From NCBI RefSeq assembly GCF_000012805.1, contig NC_007484.1, positions 240,001 through 272,000 on the forward strand: a stretch of 32,000 bases of DNA, read 5' to 3'. Every line of letters begins with the position of its first letter. Position 1 is the stretch's first letter. Origin of the DNA: Nitrosococcus oceani ATCC 19707 (lineage in GTDB: Bacteria > Pseudomonadota > Gammaproteobacteria > Nitrosococcales > Nitrosococcaceae). A program made the position numbers and the translations under genes. Under the pieces are notes generated by a model. That model ran no database searches. It saw only the letters and a list, made by a program, of their open reading frames with translations, and was not told the DNA's origin. Shown here in pieces: positions 17,735 to 26,593 of the stretch.

Positions 17735-17923
17735 TATAACCACTCCCTAATATTCTGAGCCCAATGTAATTTAAGCCCCGGCGCATAAGTACGATCGGTA
17801 TTATTCGACTTCTGAAAAAAGCTGTGGGGCTTTATGGAAACAGGCCATTCTCCGCCGGGGGTTAAACGCCTAAGCCAAGATAGCGGTAGGTGATTTAAAA
17901 TTCTTGAGTCTTAAAGCAAGATT

Positions 17924-18736
17924 ATGATGATGAGTTATCTGAATATTGACCCAGTCGCCTTTTCCTTGGGCCCGCTCAAGGTCCACTGGTATGGCGTCAT
18001 GTATTTAATTGGCTTTTTGGGTGCCTGGTGGTTAGGTCGATTTCGGGCCAAGCGCCCCGCTTCCGGTTGGCGTCCGGAGCAGGTGGATGATCTGATTTTC
18101 TATGGTGCCCTGGGGGTTATCCTTGGCGGCCGGTTAGGATATGCCTTGTTCTACGATTTTGATCATATCTTGGCGGACCCTTTTGCTATCTTTAAAATTT
18201 GGCAAGGAGGCATGTCTTTCCACGGAGGATTGCTAGGCGTTTTAGTCGCCATGATGATCTATGCCCGCAAGGTGGGCAAAGGATTTTTCCAGGTGACGGA
18301 TTTTGTCGCCCCCCTGGTCCCTATTGGGTTAGGCGCGGGCCGTATTGGTAATTTCATCAATGGCGAACTCTGGGGAAAAGCCACGGAATTGCCTTGGGGT
18401 ATGGTGTTCCCTGATCCCAGGGCTGGCGGTTTGCCCCGGCATCCCTCGCAACTGTACGAGGCAGCTCTGGAGGGGGTGGCCCTTTTTCTTATTCTGTGGT
18501 TTTTCTCCCGCCGGCCCCGCCCCACCATGGCGGTCTCAGGTCTGTTTCTATTCTGCTACGGGTTGTTTCGCTTTGCGGTGGAGTTTGTGCGCGTGCCGGA
18601 TGCCCATTTGGGTTATTTGGCCCTGGATTGGCTTACTATGGGACAAATCCTAAGCCTGCCCATGGTCTTTATGGGTATAATTTTGCTGGGATGGGCTTAC
18701 CGGAAGCGTTCTTCTACCCATTTGATAAAATCTTAA
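17924..18736 (+). CDS. lgt: Phosphatidylglycerol-prolipoprotein diacylglyceryl transferase
   Basis: 270-aa polytopic membrane ORF with [47 protein letters not shown] and HPSQLYE. The lgt-thyA adjacency matches E. coli. Three consecutive ATGs (17924, 17927, 17930) make the start ambiguous. Confidence 0.95.
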   Translation: MMMSYLNIDPVAFSLGPLKVHWYGVMYLIGFLGAWWLGRFRAKRPASGWRPEQVDDLIFYGALGVILGGRLGYALFYDFDHILADPFAIFKIWQGGMSFHGGLLGVLVAMMIYARKVGKGFFQVTDFVAPLVPIGLGAGRIGNFINGELWGKATELPWGMVFPDPRAGGLPRHPSQLYEAALEGVALFLILWFFSRRPRPTMAVSGLFLFCYGLFRFAVEFVRVPDAHLGYLALDWLTMGQILSLPMVFMGIILLGWAYRKRSSTHLIKS

Positions 18737-18763
18737 GTAGCCGCGCTAACTATCCTTTTAGCA

Positions 18764-19558
18764 ATGAAACCGTATCTGGAACTTATCCAAAAGATACTCG
18801 ATACCGGAGTCGAGCGGGATGATCGGACTGGCACCGGAACGTGGTCTATCTTCGGGCATCAGATGCGATTTGATCTTCGGCAGGGTTTTCCGCTGATTAC
18901 AACTAAAAAGCTTCATATTCGCGCAATCTTTATTGAGCTGTTATGGTTCCTCCGGGGTGAGACTAATGTTAAATATCTCCATGATCATGGGGTGACGATT
19001 TGGGACGAATGGGCCGATGAGCAGGGGGAGCTGGGTCCCATCTACGGTTATCAATGGCGCTCATGGCCTCTGCCCGATGGGGGATATTTAGATCAGATGG
19101 CGAAAACGTTAACGCAGATACGGAATCATCCCCACAGTCGGCGCCATGTGGTGGTGGCCTATAATCCGGCTTGCGTGGATGAAATGGCTCTCCCTCCCTG
19201 CCATGCGCTATTCCAATTCTATGTGGCCCAGGGCCGTTTGTCTTGCCAACTCTATCAGCGCAGCGCCGATGTTTTTCTTGGGGTTCCCTTCAATATCGCG
19301 TCCTATGCGCTTTTGACCCACTTGATAGCCCAGCAATGCGATTTGGATGTGGGGGAATTCGTTTGGACAGGAGGGGATGTCCACCTGTACCGGAATCATC
19401 TAGAACCGGCGCGGCTGCAATTAACCCGGGAGCCGCTTTCGCTTCCCCATCTCCGAATCAAGCGCCGACCTCCTTCTTTGTTTGAATACCAATACGATGA
19501 TCTGGAGATTGTAGACTATCAAAGCTATCCTGCCATAAAGGCGGCTATTTCAGTATGA
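18764..19558 (+). CDS. thyA: Thymidylate synthase (ThyA type)
   Basis: 264-aa ORF with [36 protein letters not shown], the catalytic Cys in [13 protein letters not shown], and [20 protein letters not shown]. Confidence 0.97.
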   Translation: MKPYLELIQKILDTGVERDDRTGTGTWSIFGHQMRFDLRQGFPLITTKKLHIRAIFIELLWFLRGETNVKYLHDHGVTIWDEWADEQGELGPIYGYQWRSWPLPDGGYLDQMAKTLTQIRNHPHSRRHVVVAYNPACVDEMALPPCHALFQFYVAQGRLSCQLYQRSADVFLGVPFNIASYALLTHLIAQQCDLDVGEFVWTGGDVHLYRNHLEPARLQLTREPLSLPHLRIKRRPPSLFEYQYDDLEIVDYQSYPAIKAAISV

Positions 19559-19568
19559 TATTGAAAAG

Positions 19569-20066
19569 ATGATTATTTCCTTCATCGTTGCCATGGATGA
19601 GAATCATTTGATTGGAGCTAATCGCCGCTTACCTTGGCATTTACCGGCGGATCTCAAATATTTTCGCCGCATGACCATGGGTAAGCCCATGCTCATGGGG
19701 CGGAGCACCCACGAAGCCATCGGACGCCCCCTGCCCGGGCGGCATAATATCGTCGTGACCCATAACCCTGACTATAAAGCACCCGGATGCACCGTGGTCC
19801 ATACTGTGGAAGCGGGCTTGCAGGCAGCGGGGGAAGCAGAGGAGGTGACGGTCATTGGCGGGGCTTCTCTTTATGAGCAACTATTGCCCCAGGCGCGACG
19901 CATCTACCTCACTTTAGTGCGGGGACATTTCCAGGGGGATACCTGGTTTCCTGCCTTTGATCCTGGTACTTGGGTTGAGGTCTGGCGGGAAGATTATGAT
20001 CCCGATCCCCAAAACCCTTATCCTTACAGCTTTATCCGCCTTGAGCGAGAAGAGAGGAAAAAGTAA
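19569..20066 (+). CDS. folA: Dihydrofolate reductase
   Basis: 165-aa ORF with IVAMDENHLIG....LPWHLPADLKYF...T.GKP.LMGR.T.E.IGRPLPGR.NIV.T and VIGG..LY. It lies immediately downstream of thyA. Confidence 0.95.
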   Translation: MIISFIVAMDENHLIGANRRLPWHLPADLKYFRRMTMGKPMLMGRSTHEAIGRPLPGRHNIVVTHNPDYKAPGCTVVHTVEAGLQAAGEAEEVTVIGGASLYEQLLPQARRIYLTLVRGHFQGDTWFPAFDPGTWVEVWREDYDPDPQNPYPYSFIRLEREERKK

Positions 20067-20115
20067 GGAAGAGGAAAATTTAAGCGTTAGGGAGTGGTTC
20101 ATAAAGATGGTTTTT

Positions 20116-20790
20116 TTAGAGGAGACCCCGCTCGGCAAAGGATAGGGTTTCGCCATCTCCTACAATAATGTGATCGAGCACTCGAATATCTACCAGCGCT
20201 AACGCTTCCTTAAGGCGCTGCGTGATGCACTCATCGGCTCGGCTGGGTTCGGCCACCCCGGAGGGGTGATTGTGGGCCAGGATGACGGCCGCAGCGTTAT
20301 GGGCAAGGGCGCGCTTGAGCACTTCGCGGGGATGCACACTGGCGCCATCAATGGTGCCCCGGAAAAGCTCTTCGAAGGCTAGCACTCGGTGCCGGTTGTC
20401 AAGGAAAAGGCAAGAGAAGACTTCAAAGGGATAAGCCCGCAAGCGCGCCACCAGGTAGCGTTGAGTGGTTTGGGGATCAGTTAGAACATCGCCACGCTTG
20501 AGGGTGTCTTCCAGGTGGCGGCGCCCCATTTCCAGGCAGGCTTGCAGTTGCGTATACTTAGCTATTCCCAGCCCTGGAGCATGGCAGAATTGTTTAAGAT
20601 CAGCCTCAAGCAATGCTCGGAGGCTACCAAAGCTTTCCAGGAGTTCCCGTGCCAAGTCAACAGCGGTTTTTCCGGCGACTCCGGTACGGAGAAAAATAGC
20701 TAAAAGTTCGGCATCCGATAAGGCATTTGGACCTCGTTGAAGAAGTTTCTCGCGGGGCCTTTCGTGGACGGGCCAGTCGGTAATTGCCAT
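20116..20790 (-). CDS. radC: RadC-family JAB/MPN-domain protein (UPF0758)
   Basis: N-terminus [17 protein letters not shown], HhH region [14 protein letters not shown], and JAB motif ILAHNHPSG...PS.AD. I chose the ATG at 20790; the track start at TTG 20808 adds 6 codons. Confidence 0.9.
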   Translation of the reverse strand: MAITDWPVHERPREKLLQRGPNALSDAELLAIFLRTGVAGKTAVDLARELLESFGSLRALLEADLKQFCHAPGLGIAKYTQLQACLEMGRRHLEDTLKRGDVLTDPQTTQRYLVARLRAYPFEVFSCLFLDNRHRVLAFEELFRGTIDGASVHPREVLKRALAHNAAAVILAHNHPSGVAEPSRADECITQRLKEALALVDIRVLDHIIVGDGETLSFAERGLL

Positions 20791-20990
20791 GATATAGGGA
20801 GCTTCCAATAATTGTTGGCACAGTTTTTTACATCAGCCTATATAAATTAACGGGATGGGAGTGTGTCCTGGTTCACTATTGCCGCGCACACTGGCTAGAT
20901 CTAAGTAGGGGACTGGAACTTCCAGGCAGGTCGTAGTATCGTGAAGCCTGCGTTTAAAGATTTTGATTGGAGAAAGCGATAAGCATTTTC

Positions 20991-22334
20991 ATGGCTAAGA
21001 AGCTTTATATTAAGACTCATGGCTGTCAGATGAATGAATACGATTCTAGCCGGATGGCCGATGTATTGCGGGAATCCCACGGGCTAGAACTGACTTCTGA
21101 CCCTGAGCAAGCGGAAGTGCTGTTACTCAATACCTGCTCCGTGCGGGAAAAAGCCCAAGAAAAAGTCTTTTCCCAGTTGGGCCGATGGCGGCAGCTAAAG
21201 CAATCGCGTCCTGAATTAGTTATTGGGGTCGGCGGCTGTGTTGCTAGTCAAGAGGGTGAAACGATTCGCGTCCGGGCGCCCTATGTGGATCTGGTGTTTG
21301 GACCCCAAACAATACACCGGTTACCAGCAATGCTGACTCAGGCAAAGGCAAGCTCACAGCCAGTGGTCGATCTTTCTTTTCCTGAAATTGAGAAGTTTGA
21401 CAAATTGCCTGAACCCCGCGCTGAGGGTCCAACCGCTTTTGTCTCCGTGATGGAAGGGTGTAGCAAGTATTGCTCTTTTTGTGTCGTGCCTTATACCCGG
21501 GGCGAGGAAATCAGCCGGCCTTTCGACGATGTCATTGCCGAGATCGTGGGTCTGGCGGAGCAGGGAGTGCGGGAAATTACCCTGTTAGGCCAGAACGTGA
21601 ATGCCTATCGGGGGTCCATCGGGGAGGGAGATACTGCCGATCTTGCCCTGCTGATCCACTATGTGGCCTCTATTGAGGGTATTGAGCGCATCCGCTTCAC
21701 GACTTCTCACCCGGTAGAATTCTCCGACAGCCTCATCCAGGCTTTTGCCGAGGTGCCAGCGCTGGTTAGCCATTTGCACTTACCAGTACAGAGTGGCTCG
21801 GATCGTATGCTGAGTTTGATGAAACGGGGTCACACTGTGCTGGAGTATAAAGCGAAGCTGCGGAAATTGCGCCAGGTGCGTCCTGATATCAGTATTTCAA
21901 GCGATTTCATCGTTGGCTTGCCCGGCGAGACTGAGGCTGATTTCCAGGCTACGCTAGCGTTAGTGGATGAGGTGGGTTTTGATCATTCTTTCAGTTTTAT
22001 TTATAGTCCAAGGCCGGGAACACCAGCGGCTAGCCTTCCTGATTGCACACCGATAGCCCTCAAGAAAGAGCGGCTTGCAATCCTGCAAGGACGTCTTCGA
22101 GCTCTGGAAATTGCTATTAGTCGAGGGATGGTGGATACCGTACAGCAAGTACTCGTTGAACGTCCCTCAAAGAAAGATCCCACCATGCTGGCGGGGCGTA
22201 CGGCTAATAACCGGGTAGTAAATTTTTCTGCCTCTCAAGACATGGTAGGCCAGTTTGTCAATATTAGAATTACAGAGGCTCTGCCCAACTCGCTGCGGGG
22301 TATCGTTCTTGATGCTAAAAGACGATGTGCTTAA
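20991..22334 (+). CDS. miaB: tRNA-2-methylthio-N6-dimethylallyladenosine synthase
   Basis: N-terminal MTTase Cys triad (THGCQMN, NTCSVRE, GGCVAS), radical-SAM [15 protein letters not shown], and a C-terminal TRAM domain. I chose the ATG at 20991 ([15 protein letters not shown]); the track start at TTG 20967 adds 8 codons. Confidence 0.95.
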
Positions 22335-22615
22335 TTGGCAATAAGAGCTAACCCATCATATATTGTGGCGATCTTATCCTCTACCGAGAGTCTCCAAAGT
22401 TGAAAATCGAGCTAAAATAAGCCAATATCTTAGTTAATTTGAGTTATTTTAGATTGAGTAAGGCTATAAGCATAGCGCCGAAATATTTTTATGCTAGTGT
22501 TTTCTAATTCCTGTTTTTTTTGCATTTTAGTTTTGCCCGCGTCTTCGTTCCGCCTCCGAGTTCGGCGCAAGGAATCAGGAATTTATAGTAGAGCGTTTGG
22601 GCTATTAGCATACCT

Positions 22616-23608
22616 TTGAACGAACACCCTCCTTCTGATCATTCCGAGATTAGCGATTTCGTCCTGGAACCAGCGGATAACCAGCGGTTAGCCAATCTTT
22701 GCGGGCAGATGGATGAGCATCTGCGCCAGATAGAAAGAGAGCTGGGAGTAGAAATCAATAATCGGGGAAATTTCTTTCAGGTGCTTGGTAACAGCCCTTC
22801 GGTAGAGGCGGCTGGTGAGGTGATAAGGCGCCTTTATGATGATGCTGATGAAGCTCCGGTGACTCCCGCCCAGGTCCACCTCCTTTTGCGGGAAGCGGGG
22901 AGCCAGGAATATTCCCCTTTGGAAGAGCAGGAAGAAATCCTGATTCGGACTCGTCGAGGCGTGGTTAAAGGCCGCAGCCCGCGGCAAATTCGGTATTTAC
23001 GCAATATTCTCACCCATGATATTAGCTTCGGTATCGGTCCAGCAGGGACGGGAAAAACCTATCTTGCCGTCGCTTGCGCCGTAGAAGCTTTAGAGAAAGA
23101 TCGGGTACGGCGGGTGCTTTTAGTACGGCCCGCGGTAGAAGCCGGTGAGCGTTTAGGATTCCTGCCAGGCGATCTAGCTCAGAAAATCGATCCCTATCTG
23201 CGTCCTCTCTACGATGCCCTTTATGAAATGTTGGGCTTTGAGCGGGTTGCCAAGCTTATTGAGCGCCATGTGATTGAAGTGGCTCCTCTAGCGTATATGC
23301 GTGGTCGGACTTTAAACGAGTCCTTTATTATTTTAGATGAGGCTCAAAATACGACAATTGAGCAGATGAAAATGTTTCTCACTCGTTTAGGGTATGGCTC
23401 AATTGCTGTTGTGACGGGTGATATCACCCAAATAGATTTGCCTAAAGGCCAACCTTCGGGCTTGCGCCATGTCATTGAGGTATTGAAGGAGGTTAAAGGA
23501 ATTAGCTTTGATTTTTTTCAATCACGGGATGTGGTGCGGCATCCACTAGTGCAACGGGTAGTGCAAGCCTATGAGCATTTTGGTGGTAGCGGCAGGGTAG
23601 AGTCATGA
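22616..23608 (+). CDS. ybeZ: PhoH-like ATPase (YbeZ)
   Basis: 330-aa ORF with LEPADNQRL..LCG, Walker A GPAGTGKTYLAV, Walker B ILDEAQN, and GD.TQIDLP. TTG is the only available start (an in-frame stop lies at 22589), and no clear Shine-Dalgarno sequence is visible. Confidence 0.92.
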   Translation: MNEHPPSDHSEISDFVLEPADNQRLANLCGQMDEHLRQIERELGVEINNRGNFFQVLGNSPSVEAAGEVIRRLYDDADEAPVTPAQVHLLLREAGSQEYSPLEEQEEILIRTRRGVVKGRSPRQIRYLRNILTHDISFGIGPAGTGKTYLAVACAVEALEKDRVRRVLLVRPAVEAGERLGFLPGDLAQKIDPYLRPLYDALYEMLGFERVAKLIERHVIEVAPLAYMRGRTLNESFIILDEAQNTTIEQMKMFLTRLGYGSIAVVTGDITQIDLPKGQPSGLRHVIEVLKEVKGISFDFFQSRDVVRHPLVQRVVQAYEHFGGSGRVES

Positions 23609-24066
23609 GTATTACTGTCCATATTCAATATGCCGTGCCCAAGGCAAGCGTGCCGCTGCAAGCCGATTTCCTGCGTTGGGTGAAGGCAGCGCTGGTAAAT
23701 CAGTCGAAAGCGGGGGAAATCACTATCCGTGTCGCCAGTGAAAGTGAGGCGGCGCAGCTTAACTGGCGGTATCGCCACAAGGAAGGAGCAACCAACATCC
23801 TGTCTTTTCCTTTTGAGGTTCCCTCCTGCGTGTCTCTTGATGTTCCCTTGTTAGGAGACTTGGTTATTTGTGCTCCGGTGGTTGCGCGTGAAGCCTTGGA
23901 ACAAACTAAGAAAGAGCAGGCCCACTGGGCTCACCTAGTGGTTCATGGAGTGCTTCATTTACTAGGTTTTGATCACCAACAGGAAGTGGAAGCGCAGCAA
24001 ATGGAGAGCCTGGAAGTGACTATACTTGAATCATTAGGTTATCCCGATCCCTACGAGAGTGTATAA
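23605..24066 (+). CDS. ybeY: Endoribonuclease YbeY (16S rRNA maturation)
   Basis: 153-aa ORF with the zinc motif HGVLHLLGFDH and the block TNILSFPF. Its start overlaps the ybeZ stop as ATGA. Confidence 0.93.
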   Translation: MSITVHIQYAVPKASVPLQADFLRWVKAALVNQSKAGEITIRVASESEAAQLNWRYRHKEGATNILSFPFEVPSCVSLDVPLLGDLVICAPVVAREALEQTKKEQAHWAHLVVHGVLHLLGFDHQQEVEAQQMESLEVTILESLGYPDPYESV

Positions 24067-24075
24067 CGAGGACTT

Positions 24076-24951
24076 ATGAACGAAGGCCGACCTAGTCATA
24101 ATTTAGTATCCCGCTCTTGGCGAGAACGTCTGGGGCAGGTGCTGCTGGGTGAACCCCAAGATCGAGAACAGATTATCGAGATTTTACGTAATGCCTCCCA
24201 GCGCCGCCTCCTTGACCCGGAAACCCTGAGCATGATTGAAGGTGCTTTAGTGGTGGGGGAGATGCAGGTACGCGATATCATGGTGCCGCGGTCGCAAATG
24301 GTAGTCGTAGAGCGGGATGCGCCGCCGGAAGATACCCTGGAGGTGATTACCCGATCCGCCCATTCCCGGTTTCCGGTTATAGGTGAAAGCCGGGATGGTA
24401 TTGTTGGAATCCTGCTAGCGAAGGATATGCTTCTCTATTGCCGGCAGCAGGAAGCGCGGACCTTCAATATTCGGGATATTCTGCGTCCAGTGGTATTTAT
24501 TCCGGAGAGCAAGCGTCTTAATGTTTTGCTAAGGGAGTTTCGTGCGAGCCGTAATCACATGGCGATCGTCGTGGATGAATATGGAGGAACGGCAGGGCTG
24601 GTGACCATCGAAGATGTCTTGGAGCAAATCGTAGGCGAGATTGAAGATGAGCACGATGTTGCTGAAGACGCCTTCATCTTTCGCCGCAGAGAAGATAATT
24701 ATACGGTTAAGGCGCTCACTCCCATCGAAGATTTTAATGAGTATTTTGGGACCGATTTTAGTGATGAGGAATTCGATACCATTGGCGGCTTGGTGCTAAA
24801 TGGGTTCGGACGGATGCCTGAACGGGGGGAAACTATTGCTATTGGCAGCTTTGAGTTTAAGGTTTTGCGCGCCGATAGCCGGCGCCTCTATTTACTAGAA
24901 TTATGCCTAAAAACCAACGGCGTTGAACACTCAGTGGCAGCAGGGACCTGA
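24076..24951 (+). CDS. corC: CBS-pair Mg/Co efflux-associated protein CorC (YbeX)
   Basis: 291-aa ORF with two CBS domains (VRDIMVPRSQM..., IRDILRP..FIPES), HMAIVVDEYGGTAGLVTIEDVLEQIVGEI.DE, and a CorC_HlyC-type C-domain. Conserved position after ybeY. Confidence 0.9.
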   Translation: MNEGRPSHNLVSRSWRERLGQVLLGEPQDREQIIEILRNASQRRLLDPETLSMIEGALVVGEMQVRDIMVPRSQMVVVERDAPPEDTLEVITRSAHSRFPVIGESRDGIVGILLAKDMLLYCRQQEARTFNIRDILRPVVFIPESKRLNVLLREFRASRNHMAIVVDEYGGTAGLVTIEDVLEQIVGEIEDEHDVAEDAFIFRRREDNYTVKALTPIEDFNEYFGTDFSDEEFDTIGGLVLNGFGRMPERGETIAIGSFEFKVLRADSRRLYLLELCLKTNGVEHSVAAGT

Positions 24952-25020
24952 TTCCTCTATAGTAAGTAGCCTGACAGGGTGTTTTGCTGAGTTACTGCTG
25001 GGGTTGGTAGGGGAGGTCTC

Positions 25021-26586
25021 ATGGGCTACACGCCTGAGCAGAAGCCATTTTATGAAAGAGTCTGTCAGAAAAAATGTTTTTTTTCTGACTCGGCGGGAGC
25101 AAAAACCTGGTGTGGTGACGCCTTAGCCTTGGTAGCGGGGCTTCTCGGTCCCCTCGCTTTTTCGCCTTATAATTTCTACCCTTTGGCGGTTATTCTTCCC
25201 GCATTGTTATTTGTTGTATGTCGGAATTTGTCCGCTCGGCGGGCTTTTTGGCGTGGCTGGTTATTTGGATTGGGGTGGTTTGGCGCAGGGGTTTCCTGGG
25301 TTTATTTTGCCATTCACGACTTTGGCTATGCCAGTGTACCGTTAGCACTAGGATTAACCACATCATTCGTGGCTTTTTTGAGTCTTTTCCCAGCGATACT
25401 GTCGGGAAGCGTTGCTTTGTTGTTTCCTCAGGAGAATAGCCGTAAATATCTTTTGGTATGGCCAGCAGCCTGGGTGATGATAGAGTGGTTTCGGGGTTGG
25501 TTTCTTACCGGTTTCCCATGGCTAAATCTTGGTTACAGTCAAATAGAAAGTCCCCTTCGCGGGTTGGCGCCGATTGTGGGGGCTTATGGCGTTTCTTTAG
25601 CGGTGGCTTTTAGCGCAGGGCTGATCGTAGTTGCTTGGCGCTGGGCTCAACGGACGCGCCTGATAGCGCTTGGTAGCTTGGGAATTCTATGGGCTTCGGC
25701 ACTGCTGCTCTCCTTGGTATCTTGGACGACGCCGGTAGGTAAGCCGCTGCAGGTAAGTTTGATTCAGGGAAATATTCCTCAGGCTATCAAATGGCAACCG
25801 GAGCAAATAGAGGCCACTTTAGAGCGGTACTGGCAGTTAACTGCTAAGCATTGGGAGAGCGATCTGATTGTTTGGCCGGAGAGCGCGCTTACTGTATTTT
25901 ATCACCAGGTGGCTAATGGTTACCTGGCTGCCCTTGCTGCCGAAGCCCGAGTCCATGGCACGGATTTGCTCATTGGCTTGCCGGTTTTCCACCAGGAAAC
26001 GGGAAAATATTATAATGGCATGCTAAGCCTCGGCTCCCAGCAGGCATTTTATTATAAGCGGCATTTAGTTCCTTTCGGCGAATATATACCTTTTGAAGAA
26101 TACCTTAGAGGGCTTATCCGCTTTTTCGATTTGCCCATGTCCTCTTTCAGTGCTGGCCCCGAGGGACAGCCCTTGTTGCAAGCCGCTGGCTACCCGGTAG
26201 CTACCTCTATTTGTTATGAAGATGCATTTGGAGAAGAAGTCATTACGGCGCTGCCCGAAGCTAATTTATTGGTGAATGCCACCAACAATGCTTGGTATAG
26301 GGATTCTTTGGCGTCTCACCAGCATCTACAGATTTCCCGGATGCGCGCCCTGGAGACAGGGCGGGATCTAGCCCGGGCTACTACCAATGGTATCTCCGCT
26401 ATTATTGATGCTCAAGGTGCTTTGCTAGCCACCACCCCTCAGTTCCAAACGGCGGTACTCACAGGTAGCGTTCAACCCCGTGCTGGCGCGACGCCCTATG
26501 TCTTCTGGGGTAATGAATTCATCCTAGGATTATGCCTGTGTTTATTCGCCATTGGAAGTTATTACCCGCGTAGTAAAGGAAGCTAG
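25021..26586 (+). CDS. lnt: Apolipoprotein N-acyltransferase
   Basis: 521-aa ORF with multiple N-terminal TM helices (LAFSPYNFYPLA, GFPWL.LGYSQ). The C-terminal CN-hydrolase domain has Glu in WPESAL, Lys in YYKRHLVPFGEY and Cys in SICYE. GGGGAGG lies 4 nt before the ATG. Confidence 0.92.
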   Translation: MGYTPEQKPFYERVCQKKCFFSDSAGAKTWCGDALALVAGLLGPLAFSPYNFYPLAVILPALLFVVCRNLSARRAFWRGWLFGLGWFGAGVSWVYFAIHDFGYASVPLALGLTTSFVAFLSLFPAILSGSVALLFPQENSRKYLLVWPAAWVMIEWFRGWFLTGFPWLNLGYSQIESPLRGLAPIVGAYGVSLAVAFSAGLIVVAWRWAQRTRLIALGSLGILWASALLLSLVSWTTPVGKPLQVSLIQGNIPQAIKWQPEQIEATLERYWQLTAKHWESDLIVWPESALTVFYHQVANGYLAALAAEARVHGTDLLIGLPVFHQETGKYYNGMLSLGSQQAFYYKRHLVPFGEYIPFEEYLRGLIRFFDLPMSSFSAGPEGQPLLQAAGYPVATSICYEDAFGEEVITALPEANLLVNATNNAWYRDSLASHQHLQISRMRALETGRDLARATTNGISAIIDAQGALLATTPQFQTAVLTGSVQPRAGATPYVFWGNEFILGLCLCLFAIGSYYPRSKGS

Positions 26587-26593
26587 AGGCGTT

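Noticed and set aside
20816-20830. A TGGCAC string in the radC/miaB divergent spacer resembling a sigma54 -24 element.
   Set aside because: The -12 GC element is absent at the required spacing; positions 20829-20830 are ta.
20913-20925. A 13-bp palindrome ctggaacttccag in the radC/miaB divergent promoter region.
   Set aside because: A 6+1+6 palindrome is expected several times by chance in a window this size, and it matches no known operator that I can name.
22491-22619. A 42-codon upstream ORF (MLVFSNSCFFCILVLPASSF...) whose TGA overlaps the Shine-Dalgarno-less TTG start of ybeZ as tTGA. This suggests translational coupling.
   Set aside because: The upstream ORF has no Shine-Dalgarno sequence of its own and I could not assess conservation. 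An open frame of this length can arise by chance.
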